In this document: positions 1 through 11,991 of the stretch, in pieces
How positions within the stretch are numbered: the first letter of the stretch is position 1
Layout of the letters: each line of letters starts with the position of its first letter
From: Guillardia theta CCMP2712
Lineage: Eukaryota > Protista > Cryptophyta
Direction of reading: 5' to 3'
Length of the DNA stretch: 60,343 nucleotides
NCBI RefSeq assembly: GCF_000315625.1
Contig: NW_005434643.1
Location: 627,202 to 687,544, forward strand
Translations under genes and position numbers: made by a program
Notes under the pieces: model-generated
Databases searched by the model: none
What the model saw: the letters and a program-made list of their open reading frames with translations, nothing else
Told to the model about the DNA's origin: nothing

Positions 1-197
1 GTTTCCGCAAGGCAGTGCAGGAGGGAGGAATGATCCTCTTTGAGAACGTCAAGGTTTCAGTGAAGAAGGTGAAGGGGAACTCGTTGACAGTCAGGATCTT
101 GCCGGATGACTTGAAGGAGACGCCGTTGGGAGAGCTGATGCCTGGGGATCAAGTCACGCTGTGTACCATAGACGATGCTTCTCAGTTGAAGGTGTAA
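1..197 (+). CDS. 3' end of an unidentified gene truncated by the window edge
   Basis: Open frame of protein-like composition (…VTLCTIDDASQLKV) ending TAA at 197; no recognisable family. Confidence 0.45.
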   Translation, partial: FRKAVQEGGMILFENVKVSVKKVKGNSLTVRILPDDLKETPLGELMPGDQVTLCTIDDASQLKV

Positions 198-264
198 CAA
201 CAAGACTGAAGGTTAAAGATTTCCTTGAAACATCACTGAAGATATCCTTGAAACATCACTGAAG

Positions 265-600
265 CCGGGCCCGGCTGGGCCCCCGGGGCCGGGCCGCGGA
301 CTCGGGACTCCGGGCGGCTGAGTGAGAGTCCGACGGTCGGGGTCCCTCAGAGCCTCCGGCGGCCCTACTGGTAGTACGGTCACCACACCGGGCCGACAGT
401 GCGTGACACACGCTCGGACGGACGGACGCTCACAGCCGTACGGTCCCCGGGACTGCAGTCACCCGGCCAGTGCGCCGGGCACTGCTGCACTCAGTAGACA
501 AGCACTGGACAGACAGTCAAAACTGATACAACTTGGCCCAGTGGCACGATCAAGTTCACTGGTGATCTTGATGCGAAAATCGGAATAATTCACAAGTTTT
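265..600. other. GC-rich intergenic island with short palindromes
   Basis: Contains gccgggcccggc and ggcccccggggcc; resembles the islands at 17.6-18.2, 23.0-23.6 and 54.5-55.3 kb but lacks their 40-bp motif. Confidence 0.55.
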
Positions 601-677
601 ATCTAAGCCATAGGTAGTTCTATCGCACAAAGAAATTATAGTACATCATCCAACACAATGCCGTCAATGTTATGATT

Positions 678-1238
678 TCATTCCATTCTTTCGTCAAGCA
701 ATCCAAGCTTGACGTACTTGTCAAGATTTGGTTTGAACGATAAGATAAGCTCGTCTTGAGAAAGTGGCGCCGAGTCGAGGTTGTTGCTTCTGATCTCATC
801 TCTGATGCGCATTTGGATCAGACCATTCCATTTCTGCCAGAGATGCGTGCTCGGTTTCCCCCAGATGATCTTGTCACCGGTTGTGAGCAGTTCCTCTTGC
901 AACGTAGGGTTGTGCTGATACTTGGCGCGATTGATGAGATACATCACGTGCACCTTGACGTCATGCCAGCGCGGGTTCTTCTGATCTTCATATCCCTGTC
1001 CTTCTCTCCAGATGCGGAGGCCATAATGCTTGTCCGACTCTCCCTCAGACGGCAGCATGTCTCGAACCAGAAGCTTGCGTTCTGAAAGGTACTTCACGCC
1101 CTGGAAGCATTGCTCAACAGAGTGCCATTCAAGGTCATCGAACACGAACTTGACGATCTGGAAGTTGTCGGTACATGCTGGTCCTTCCACAAGCTTCTTC
1201 CCCTCCTCATCGACCAGTACCAGGCACTTTCCTCCCAT
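678..1238 (-). CDS. NADAR (YbiA/DUF1768) family protein, single exon
   Basis: DNFQIVKFVFDDLEWHSVEQCFQGVKY, RAKYQHNPTLQEELLTTG and NGLIQMRIRDEI fit the NADAR pattern (SNF…svEhyfqa.K…KF.Q…LL.Tg…G..Lm.vR). Confidence 0.85.
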   Translation of the reverse strand: MGGKCLVLVDEEGKKLVEGPACTDNFQIVKFVFDDLEWHSVEQCFQGVKYLSERKLLVRDMLPSEGESDKHYGLRIWREGQGYEDQKNPRWHDVKVHVMYLINRAKYQHNPTLQEELLTTGDKIIWGKPSTHLWQKWNGLIQMRIRDEIRSNNLDSAPLSQDELILSFKPNLDKYVKLGLLDERME

Positions 1239-1472
1239 CGTGACTGATCCGACTGATCCAGCTGATTTCTGTTAGGAAGGAGCTCATTACCCTAGTACCC
1301 CCATTAATCCCTGGAAAACAACCCCTAGGCAGATCAACCTGAAGCAGAACTTCTGGATGGTCCCTCACCCCTCCATTTCTAATCGTACTACCCACCCTCC
1401 AGACTACGGGTACAATCTCCCTCATACTACCCACCCAATTAGCCCGCAACACACCCCAAGTTGTACCTGCAC

Positions 1473-3518
1473 ATGGCTCAGATGCAACAAGGTGCAACGG
1501 GAGGAAGAGGAGCAGAAGGGAGGGGAAGACGAGGAGGAGGAGGAGAGGGAGGGAGGGAAATTACTCTATCGTACACGAGGAGAGGAGCATCCTCTTCCTC
1601 ATCTTCAAGGGGAGCAAGCAGATTCTCAGTTTCCTGCATTCTCTTACTCTCGTCTTCATTGTTAGGGGTGCAAGCCCTTGACAACGGCGTCGGAAGACTC
1701 CCAGCCATGGGATACAACACCTGGAACGACCTTCTGTGCAAACCTACTGACTCGGCTATCCGCAAGGCAGCTGTCCGGCTGGAGGGGTTGGGGCTTGCGG
1801 CCCTGGGCTACACTTACGTTAATATCGACGACTGCTGGGCGGTCTCAAGGGATCCCAAGACCAACAGGCTCGTGCACGACGCCAGTGCGTTCCCCCAAGG
1901 GATCAAAGGTCTGGCGGACTTCATGCACTCCAAGGGATTCAAGTTGGGGATCTACACGGACAGGGGGCAGCTGACGTGTGCTGGTAGACCAGGGTCTCTT
2001 GGAACAGAGGAGCTGGATGCCCAGACTTTTGCAGACTGGGGGATCGACTACCTGAAGGAGGATAGTTGTAACGCTACCCAAGAGCACGAGGGAGCGTTGG
2101 ATGAATACAGGAAGATGAGAGACGCCTTGAACAAGACCGGACGACCGATCTACTTCTCCCTGTGTGGCTGGCATACCTGGTACGCCATGCCAGGGAAGAG
2201 CATCGGGAACAGCTGGAGGATAGCTGGGGACGTGGTCAACTGGAAGACGATGTACCGAGCAATCAGGAAGAGCGAGTTGGTCGTGAAGTTTGCCGGCCCT
2301 GGAGGATGGAACGATCCCGACAGTGAGCAGAATGAGTCGTACTGCCTTGATGTCTGACAGCGCTGCAGTGCTCATAGGTAGTGGCGGAGGCTCCAACTTC
2401 AATCTCTTGCCTCATCAGTCCAGGACTCAGTTCTCCTTGTGGTCTGTGCTGGCGGCTCCGCTACTCATAGGAGCTGCCATCAACAACCTGACGGCCTGGG
2501 ATCTTGAGACCTACTCCAACGCCGACGTCATCGCCGTTGACCAGGACGTGCTAGGTATCCAGGGATCTCCGGTCTACAGCACCTGCCCACCTGCCGAGCA
2601 GCTCTCAGACTTGGACGACTACTCTGCAGAGAGCCTAGACAAGTATGCCCTGACGGACTGCGTGCAAGTCTGGGCCAGACCCCTTTCGTCGGGGAGTTTT
2701 GCTGTGATCTTGTTGAACCTCGCAGCTGATTCCAGGAACGTGGTATGCGACCTCGGCTGTATGAAGAAGATCAAAGCTCTGCATCCCAGCTGGAGGTCCA
2801 ACAGCACGGAGAGGTGACGGATGCTGCTGATGCCTTGGGCATGCTGCTTCCTCACCCCCTTCTGTCCTCCAGGATCGCCTTCGACGCGAAGAACCTTTGG
2901 AGCAAGAAGGTGTTGAAGAAGATCGACCATCTTGAGACCGAGTAGCGCCTCCATCACTTCCTTGCTCAACTCACGCCAACCATGAGCGCAGGCTGCAGGG
3001 CTCGGGAGGTTCGGAGCTCTTCTTGCTCACTCCCTGCGACGACGACGCCGTGGGCAACACGCGATTCTGCTCCTACGACGACAGCGCCAGGGTGAAGGGT
3101 GACTGCGACACGTTGAACCTCAACCTCCTCTTTAACAAGTGCGACTCCGTCCGACTGAGCAAGACTGAGGTGATAGAGCTTCATCGATCAAAGTGCTGAC
3201 TGCCTCTCTAGTTGCTCATGCTGTCCGGGCTACATGGCGTCATGCTCCTGCTCTTGGTCGGGGGAGTGATGTGGGCCGTGTCATACCTTAGCCGCCCGAG
3301 GAGGGGAGGGAGAGGACGGGGGTTGAGCAAGGATCTTCCGGTATACATTCGACATCAATGAGCGACAGTTTGAATTGATTGTTTCGACTTTGACGGTCAA
3401 ACCTCAGCAGAAGGGGCCAAGGGAGGCGCCTGACAGTGAATGCCTAGAGGACGAGAGTCTCCTGACCCATCTCGTGACTGAGCACCTCACCGATCACGAG
3501 CAAGGCCATGCGCACTAG
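1473..3518 (+). CDS. Glycoside hydrolase family 27 alpha-galactosidase, spliced, with predicted C-terminal TM anchor
   Basis: Hydrophobic leader then ALDNGVGRLPAMGYNTWN, YVNIDDCW, DYLKED, SWRIAGD; intron 2323-2368 restores WNDPDMLIG; further introns ~2815-2872 and 2942-2991; hydrophobic exon at ~3211-3290; TAG at 3516-3518. Confidence 0.92.
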
Positions 3519-3599
3519 GTAGCATGTAAAGAATACTTTATCTTATCTTAGAAGTCTGTTCACCTAACTTAATCCTTCGCCTCTTCTCCTCCTCTCACT

Positions 3600-5159
3600 T
3601 CACTCGTCCGAGTCTTCGCTCATGTCATAGGCAAACCTGCCGCGAGTCAGCTGCCCACCAAGAGGTTTGACACCGTCGGAACCTGCTGGAAGAGGCCTTG
3701 AAGGCCTCCTGGTCATCGTAGAGGTCCAAGTCGTCATCGGAGAGGTCGTTCACCATGTCCCTCCTGAGGCGCTTCTCATACAGCCCGCCGAGGGAGGATC
3801 GATCGAAGTCATCGTCCGACAGGTTCTCCTCGTCGAAGTCGCTCTCCTGGCACTACGGTCAGCAATGCTACAGCTGGGGCCGGAGCTTCCCACCTCCTCG
3901 TCGGGGTAGTCGTTGCGGGGGTTGTCCTGCGGGCCTCGGGTGAGCAGGAGACTGCAGGGAAGACTCCTACCTCCGCGTTCGAGTCTTCAGATTCATACAG
4001 GAAGGTGGGGTCCTCACCTGTGAGACCTCAGGAGGGGAGGACAAGGGTAGAGAGGGAGGCGAGGGGACGAGGAGGAAAGGGAACGGGGAGGAGGAGAGGA
4101 GGGTTTAGGAGGAGCGTCACCGCCGCAGTCCAGCAGGTCATCGTCCCACAGCTCGCTCACGTCCAGGTTGATCCTTCCGATCCTCGAGAGTGGGCTGAAG
4201 TTTGACGCGCTGGCCGGGTCCATCCAGTAGTAGTCGTAGACGAACTCCGAGTCTTCACCCTCCTCCGTCCTGCTCCATATGCAGTCAGACTCTTCTGATG
4301 GAAGTTTATCCAAGTTTCACCTGGGACGCTGCGCCGGGGAGAAAACTTCGCGTTCGATCACCTCTCCGTTGCAGGCGAGCTCGCCGTCGCTCCTGAAGGA
4401 GTGGAACCCATGGTCGAAGTCCACGGACGCGTTGGCATCGTCAAAGATCTCTGGCTTCTTCTTCTTCGCTGAGAGCAACCCGTCCTTGTCCGCCTCAACT
4501 GCAACGTCCACGATCCGAACACGCGGCATGCTGTCTTCTTGCACATCAAAGACACTCTGCCTGCTCGCATCGACCATGCAGGATCGGGCAACCTTGGTGC
4601 CATGCAAGTGCTTTCCCTTCCTTCGCTCCAACGAGTCGTCGGCCGACATGCCATCTGATCTCTGCCAGTCCTCCCGCTTCCTCAGGATTCCAGCCCTGGG
4701 GGTTGACTTCTTGTCGGACATTCGCCGGATGATCTCTCTGACTTTCTCCGCATTCAGCGCCGAGCTGTCTAGCGACTCGTTCACCGTGTTGTCCCGCACG
4801 TGCGGCTCGCACGTCGACGAGTTGGAGACGCTCTGGACGAGCCGGAAGAGCATGGGAGACTCTGCGGGCCGCTCCTCTCCATTGCTTGCCCCCTGCGCCT
4901 CTTTCGAGTCTGCAGCATGGGAGGACAGGGAAAGCGCTCCCATCTCCGTGAGGATGGACTGCCGCTTGCTCGGAGGCTCCGCGACCAGCAGAGCATCGAG
5001 CGGCTCCTCCTCCCTCCTGCGCTTGACTCGGATGAGGAGGGCAGAGTGCAATGGATCTCCCGCCAGCCCGTCCGACATCTTGGACGACGAGAGGGCGACT
5101 GACGGTGAGGAGATGGGGGAGGGAATCTTGGGGACAAACTTGCGACTCGGCGTCGACAT
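3600..5159 (-). CDS. IWR1: IWR1/SLC7A6OS-like RNA polymerase II nuclear import factor, spliced
   Basis: N-terminal LIRVKRRREEEPLDALLV, FVYDYY, and the spliced signature YESEDSNAE|DNPRNDYPDEE (~3895-3998); ends YDMSEDSDE* at 3600. Confidence 0.85.
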
Positions 5160-5787
5160 GGTTCAGGTTGGAGATGCAGGGGAAGAAGCGGAGGGGAGAG
5201 ATGAGAGAGGAGGAGATCGCATCAACTAATCATACCCGCCCTCACCTTACTTCAGCCGGTGCCTGGACCTACAAGCCAAATCAAAAGTGAGAACATGGAT
5301 ATTGGGTGGGCTGAACGTAGCAGCAGAAGTGTCAGTCATGCCGTTAGTGGGAGGGGCAGGAGGGGCAGGAGCAGGAGGAGCAGGAGGAAACATGATGCAC
5401 GAGAAGGAGAGCGGGAGGAGACGCAGCAGGGCAGCAAGAGCAGGAGGCGCACAAGACGCAGGAGAATCAAGATCAGGGGGAGGAGGAGGAGGATGATGGG
5501 GAGCGGGAGGCGGCAGCTGCTGCGGCAGCAGGAGCAGCAGCATGTAGTTCGGGACAAGGACAAGGGAAGAGTCTGCATGCGTTCAGATTCCCCTTTTACT
5601 TCATTGATTCCGTTTCGAACCTAGACCTCAAATCAACTAGGACACCTGCTCTAGATCTAGAATATTGCCCCAAATCTAGATAGGCTGAGCAGTAGCGTAC
5701 AGATCTGTTACAACTCTGGGATAAACTTTGGAACAGGTTGTGGCGACATGGCGGATCGCGAGAGGTGATACGGCAAACTCCCTCTTG

Positions 5788-5819
<32 letters not shown>

Positions 5820-5820
5820 T

Positions 5821-5873
<53 letters not shown>

Positions 5874-6114
5874 TCTCCTGCTCCTGCTCCTTCTCCTGCT
5901 CCTGCTCCTTCTCCTGCTCCTGCTCCTCCTCCTCCTCCTGCTGCTGCTCCTGCTCCTTATCCTCCTCCTGCTGCTCCTCCTTATCCTGCTGCTGCTGCTC
6001 CTCCTCCTGCATGTCATCCAGCTTCATCATCATCTCCATCATCATTTCATCACCACCACCACCATCACCAACACCACCACCACCATCACCACCACCACCA
6101 CCACCACCACCACC

Positions 6115-6148
<34 letters not shown>

Positions 6149-6200
6149 TCTTCTTCTTCTTCTTCTTCTTCTTCTGCTGCTGCTGCTGCTGCCGTTGCTG
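5788..6200. repeat. Compound microsatellite (CTCCTG)n-(CAT)n-(CAC)n-(CTT)n-(CTG)n
   Basis: Directly visible consecutive simple repeats. Confidence 0.95.
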
Positions 6201-6769
6201 CTACACCTGCTGCCATGTCTCCAGACCCTACCCATCATGCTTTCCTTTCTCTCCTTATCTCGCCGTTTTTCTTATACCCGCTCTCGATCATGATCGTGCC
6301 CTCGCTGGCCTAAGCCCTCGCTGCTGATGGGATCCTGCCCCTACTACTGTCTTTGCTCTTGCTCCTCTTTCTGGATTAGTAGCCGCCTCTCCTCCTCTCT
6401 CCTCTTCTCCTCTCCTCTTCTGCTTCCCGCATCCCCTGCCCTCTCCGAGGAAGTTTGCATCTGAAGCCCGATCGCGTTACCCCGCATGCTCGCTCCCTCA
6501 AGCATGTGCGCAGTCTGTCGTCGACCTACAACAAGCTATGGTGCGATCACCGGGTGTCGGTACTGAACAAGTATGTCTTCACAGCGATAGTCCAGACAGG
6601 AGGAGAGGAGAGTGTGAGGATGAGACTGAAACGTGCTGCCAACCTTTCTGACTTGCGGGCAGGTGAGCAAAGAGAAGATACAGAAGGGGGTCGAGATTGA
6701 GTCGAGCGATTCCTCCTGCTTCACCCGAAAGAGCTACCCGGTTGAGATGAGCCAGTGAGGGTGGAGGAG

Positions 6770-9700
6770 ATGAGGATAGGACCTCGTCTCGTCTCACTTC
6801 CCTCGCTCCTCCTCCCCCTCGTTCTCCTCTCTACCCTCTATGGTGGCTGCAAGGGGACGGGTGGAGATGGCAACCAGATGTACGACAAGTTCGATGATAT
6901 GAACAATGTGTTCGGATTAGTCGGTGAAAGCGCTTCAGTCTACTTCCTTGGTCAGTCTCATGCTATTCTTAAAACTCCATCCTCCTTCCTCCACTAGATT
7001 CCTCCACCTCCTATCCTCCTCCTCACTTGCCCACCACCACCACCACCACCACCTCCTCCTCCTCCTCCTCCCTTCTCTCCCATGCTCTCATTTCTCAGCC
7101 CTCAAGGTCAACGCAGGAAGGAAAACGAGCGTGGAAGAGTGCGAGGAGGCTGCATTGAAGGTCTGTGAGGAGCGGAGGAAGAGGGGGAAGTGAAGTTGAG
7201 CATGCAGCACTGGCAGCTGTCTGGAAGGAGGAGCGTGATCGACTCTTTCACCTGGCACAGCGCTCGTTTCTACCTCCCGCAATGGCAGGGCTTGTGCTTC
7301 GGCCGCAGCGATGGCGTGTGGGCCCCGGACTTTCAGAAGAATGTGGTGGGAGGGAGGATAGTACGGAGCAGGTGGAGGAGCTACATTCAAGGGCTCAGAG
7401 GGCTGAACGAGTCGAGCCCGGAGAGGACAGAGGAGGAGAGTGCGAACGAGGAGGAAACGTGGAAGGAGGAGGAGCAGATTGTCAGGGATCTTGGTCGATC
7501 GGAGAACGGGGGGTTGAGGTGCAATGTGCTGGAGTGGCGATTGAAACAAAGGTTCACCTCCTCCTCCTCCTCCCTCCTCCCTCCTCCCTCCTCCCTCCTC
7601 CCTCCTCCCTCCTCCCTCCTCCCTCCTGCCTCGAGCTCCCTCATCCTACCTCCTCTTCCTCCCTCCTTCCTTCTGCCTCGAGCTCCCTCATCCTACCTCC
7701 TCTTCCTCCCTCCTTCCTTCTGCCTCCTGGCTTTCCCTGCTTCACCAGTCTCCTCTTAAAACTTCTCTCAGGCTGGATCAGGACAGATTCCTCAAGACGG
7801 GCAGGTCCTGCTCCATGTGCGGATGGCGAGGATGCAAGCTTTGCCCGGCAGTGCAGGTAGAGGAAGAGGAAATAAGAACAATGAGCGAGTGAGGGCAGGA
7901 GGAGGAGGAGGAGGAGCCGGAGCAGGAGGAGCAGGAGCAGGAGCAGGATCTAATTATTCTATCAGATTTGCGGGAATGAGTCAGGAGGAGAGACTATTGA
8001 GGTTTGCAGCTACTAATTCATTCGTCCTCCTCTCTCCTTTTGCTCCTCCCCCTGCTGCTGCTCCTCCTCCTGCTCCTCCTGCTCCTCTTCTCCTGCTCCT
8101 CCTCTCCAACATGAACGCTATCTCAGGTGCATTACTCGGACGATCATCAGAGGTCATCGTGGGCAGACATCATCATGTTCCCTGCTAATGGAGAATTTCC
8201 CGTCCTCTCGTTCCCTCCCTCCAAGCCTGCGTCTCAGGTTGCCATCTCCTCCTCTTGATCCTCGCTCTCCGTCTCCTCCTCCTTTTCCCCTCTTCTTTTC
8301 CTCCTCCGCCATCTCCTTCTCCTCACTCACTAAAGCTTTCTTCGTCTTTGTTTCTCCTCCTGTGTTTCGTCTGACTCTTCTTCCTCCTCCTCCTCGCTCA
8401 GGCGTGGGTGGCCATAGCAGGCGAGAGCAGCATGTGGTGGCCGCACGTGGAGGGTGAGAGGCGGGGAAGAGAAGGGAGAGAGAAGGAAGAGGTAGGGGGG
8501 AGGGGGTGGAGATAGGAGGAGGAAGAGGAAGAACAGTAGGGGGGTGGGGGGTGGAAGTAGGAGGAGGAACAGGAGTGAGGATGAAGCGATTGAGACGAGG
8601 GCATCGCAGATCTACGGGAGGACAAGCGGTTTGATCTTGTCATGGGGTACTCGAGACAGCTAGCCGACATGCATGCATCCTATGTCCCCCACAGGTGACC
8701 CTCCTCCTCCTTCTGCTCCTCCTGCTCCTGCTCCTCCCTTCTCTTCCTCCTGCTCCTGCTCCTTCTCCTCCTGCTCCTGCTCCTCCTCCTGTTCCTTTTC
8801 TGAATTTCTCGTAGCCTTGTAGAGATCCAGAAGGGACTGCAATTAGAGCAGGACGAGCTGCGAAGCATTAACGTCTCTGCCGACATCGCCTACTTCGCCT
8901 CCAACTGCAACTCTGACTTCCGCCAGTCGTGGGTGAGGAGGAGGGGGGAGGAGGAGAAGGAGGAGGAGGGGTGGGGGAGGAAAGAACGAAAAGGAGGAAG
9001 CGAACGAAAAGGAGGAAGCGAACGAAAAGGAGGAAGCGAACGAAAAGGGGGAAGGAGATTTGTGTAGTGAGATTGAGGAGGAAATAAAAGGAGGAATGAG
9101 ACAAGGAGGAGATGAAGGAGGAAGAAGGAAGGAAGAAGGAGAGGAGGTGAAGAAGCATGGGGGAGGAAGAAGAAAGGGGAAGGAGGGAAAGGAAGGGGAG
9201 GGAGAGACGGAGGGAGACGCTGATGTGTCTGCAGGTGAAGGGGCTCATGGAAGCGATTCCAGTAGATTCTTATGGACAGTGCGAGAAGAATAAGGTGAAA
9301 GAGGAGGAAGGGGGGGAGGAGGGGAATGGAAGGGAGTGGAAGGGGGGGAGGGGGGGAAAGAAGAAGATGAAATGAGATGAAGGGGAGTGATGGTGATGTA
9401 GGAACTTCCTCTTCACCTCCTCCAGCTGCAGCAAGGACCTGATGAGGTATGTAATGGAGGAGGAGGAGGAGGAGGGAGAGGAGGAGGAGGAGGAGGAGAT
9501 AGTAAATTAATTTTCTCGCAGGAGACTCACTTGCNNNNNNNNNNNNNNNNNNNNNNNNNNNNNNNNNNNNNNNNNNNNNNNNNNNNNNNNNNNNNNNNNN
9601 NNNNNNNNNNNNNNNNNNNNNNNNNNNNNNNNNNAGAAGCCGCAAAGTCTCACGTAGGGGGTACAGTCTCCCTTGGTCTGCGCCACTGCGTCAAACGCCT

Positions 9701-10277
9701 CTTTCCTCCCAGCGTCTCCTCCCCACCTTGGCCATCACGTTCGCCCCGTTGGCTATCAGCTCCTTCGCAACTTCCACGTGACCGTTGTATGCTGCTCGAC
9801 CCTCGTCACTCGCGCTTGACAACCTCACCTCTGTCCTCACCAGCCCAGTTCATGGCGAACAGCACAGGTCCCTCCCTCCTCCTCCTCCTCCTCCTCCTCC
9901 TCCTCCTCCTACTCCTCTCCCTTGATTCACATTCTACTCTGCAGGAGGCTCAATCGACTGTGAAGATGATGGTGATCTCGCGCTATAAGGTCAAAGGACT
10001 CAATGCCAGCACTATTCCCTCCCTGCCTCTGTCTCCCTCCCTTCCTCTCTCCCTGCCTCTGTCTCCCTCCCTTCCTCTCTCCCTGCCTCTGTCTCCCTCC
10101 CTTCCTCTCTCCCTGTCTCTGTCTCCCTCCCTTCCTCTCTCGTTGCTCTTTCCTTCTGCTTTGCGCTACCATGACTGCCTCATGTTCCTCCTCTTTCAGT
10201 TCGCTCTCGCAGTCGAGAACACAAGAGATGTCGACTACGTAACTGAGAAGATGTATGAGGTAACACTCTTGCTTGTG

Positions 10278-10333
<56 letters not shown>

Positions 10334-10805
10334 TCCTCCTCCTCCTCCTCCTCCTCCTCCTCCTCCTCCTCCTTGCCTCGTCCTCCGCTTTGCCTCCACT
10401 TCTACCACCATCTGATTCCTTTCGTCTCTCCTCCTCTCCTACACCCAACTCTCCTTTCCTCCCTCTTGCCGTCTTGCAGACCCTTCCTCCCTCCTCCCCA
10501 CCTTGCTGCTCCTTCTTCTTCTCCTCTCCTCTCCTCTCCTGTCTTCTCCTCTCCTGTCTTCTCTTCTCCTGTCTTCTCCTCTCCTGTCTTCTTCTTCTCC
10601 TCTCCTCTTCTTCACTCCTGTCCTGTCCTGTCCCCTCCCTCCTGTTCTCACTTCTTCGCTCTCATCCTCTCTTCTCATCTCGATGCCTCAGGTGCTTCAG
10701 GCCGGCGCTGTTCCCATCTACCTCGGCGCTCCTAACTGGAAAGTAATTTTTCCCCTTCCATCTGCCGTCATCGACGCTGCTGCCTTCGAGTCTCCCCCAC
10801 GTTAG
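6770..10805 (+). CDS. Glycosyltransferase family 10 (alpha-1,3/4-fucosyltransferase-like), multi-exon, spanning an assembly gap
   Basis: Signal/anchor MRIGPRLVSLPSLLLPLVLL; exons DLVMGYSRQLAD, IAYFASNCNSDFRQ, IPVDSYGQC, RYK|FALAVENTRDVDYVTEKMYE|VLQAGAVPIYLGAPN form the GT10 motif. Confidence 0.9.
9535..9634. other. Assembly gap (100 N)
   Basis: N run. Confidence 1.
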
Positions 10806-10839
10806 CCCCTTCCTCCTCCTCTCCTCCTCCTCTCTCTCT

Positions 10840-10939
10840 NNNNNNNNNNNNNNNNNNNNNNNNNNNNNNNNNNNNNNNNNNNNNNNNNNNNNNNNNNNNN
10901 NNNNNNNNNNNNNNNNNNNNNNNNNNNNNNNNNNNNNNN
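10840..10939. other. Assembly gap (100 N)
   Basis: N run. Confidence 1.
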
Positions 10940-11097
10940 CCCTTCCTCCAACACTCTCCCTCTCCTCTCCCTCTCCTCTCCTACCACTTGCCTCCTCTCA
11001 ATCACTAGTCGTCTTCCCTCCCCTGCTCTCTCTCCTCCTCCTCTAACCCCTCTGATCCTCTCCTCTGCCCCCCCCACTCACTCCCCTCCTCTCCCCT

Positions 11098-11943
11098 CTA
11101 CCGTGCTATTCTCCCTCCTCCTCCTCCTCCCCCTCCTTCACCTCTGGGTGATGGTGGCTGGTAGCCCGAGGATGCCACAGAGAATGTCAGCCCCGAAGGT
11201 CTTGGGAAACTTCCGCTCGTTCTCCACCACATGCGCGAACCCTCCCTGCTGTGCGTGAGCGGAGCGGAGCAGGGCGAGCACAGCAGAGGAGACGAGGAGA
11301 GCAGAGGATTGGAGAGGGAAGAGGAGTACAGGAGGCATTGGAAGAGGAGAGGAGAGGAGAGGAGAGGAGAGGAGGAAGAGAGGAGGAAGAGAGGAGAGGA
11401 GAGGAGAGGAGAGGAGAGGAGAGGAGAGGAGAGGAAGTTAACCTGCAGGCCGAACTCGACGGAGAAGTAAGGCATGTGCTTGGGGATCTGAGATGAGATA
11501 AGATGAATGGAAGCGAAGCAATGGAGGAAAGAGAACCAAGGGAGCAGGAGAAAGGAGGATAAGGCAGGAGAGAGAAGGGGGGGAGGAGGGGGTTAGAGAA
11601 CAGGACAAAGGAGGAGGGAACAGGGGGGAGAGAAGAGGGAGAGGAGGGAGGAGCAGCAAGAGGGTAGGAAGAGGGTAGGAAGGGGGTAGGAAGGGGGTAG
11701 GAAGGTACCTTGGTTGCAAGCTTCTTGACACCACGGGTGTCTATCAGCGCTCTGTTCTGAGACTCGAACTCGTTCTCAACTTCCTGCATGTTTGCTGAGC
11801 TGCTGATGAAGAGAGAGGAGGAGACCATGAAAGGAAGCGTGCCATGGGGAGCGGGAGAGGAGGAAGAAGGAAGAGAGATGAGGAGAGCTGGAGAAGCGGG
11901 AGCAAGAAGATCAAGAGCCGCAGCAGGAGCAAGGAGGAAGAGA

Positions 11944-11991
<48 letters not shown>

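Noticed and set aside
4279-5229. 316-aa plus-strand ORF
   Set aside because: Antisense shadow of the IWR1 exon
5596-6327. Long poly-E/Q, poly-L and RS ORFs (likewise at 30.6-31.3 kb and 37.3-38.0 kb)
   Set aside because: Stop-free translations of microsatellites in several frames, mostly intronic
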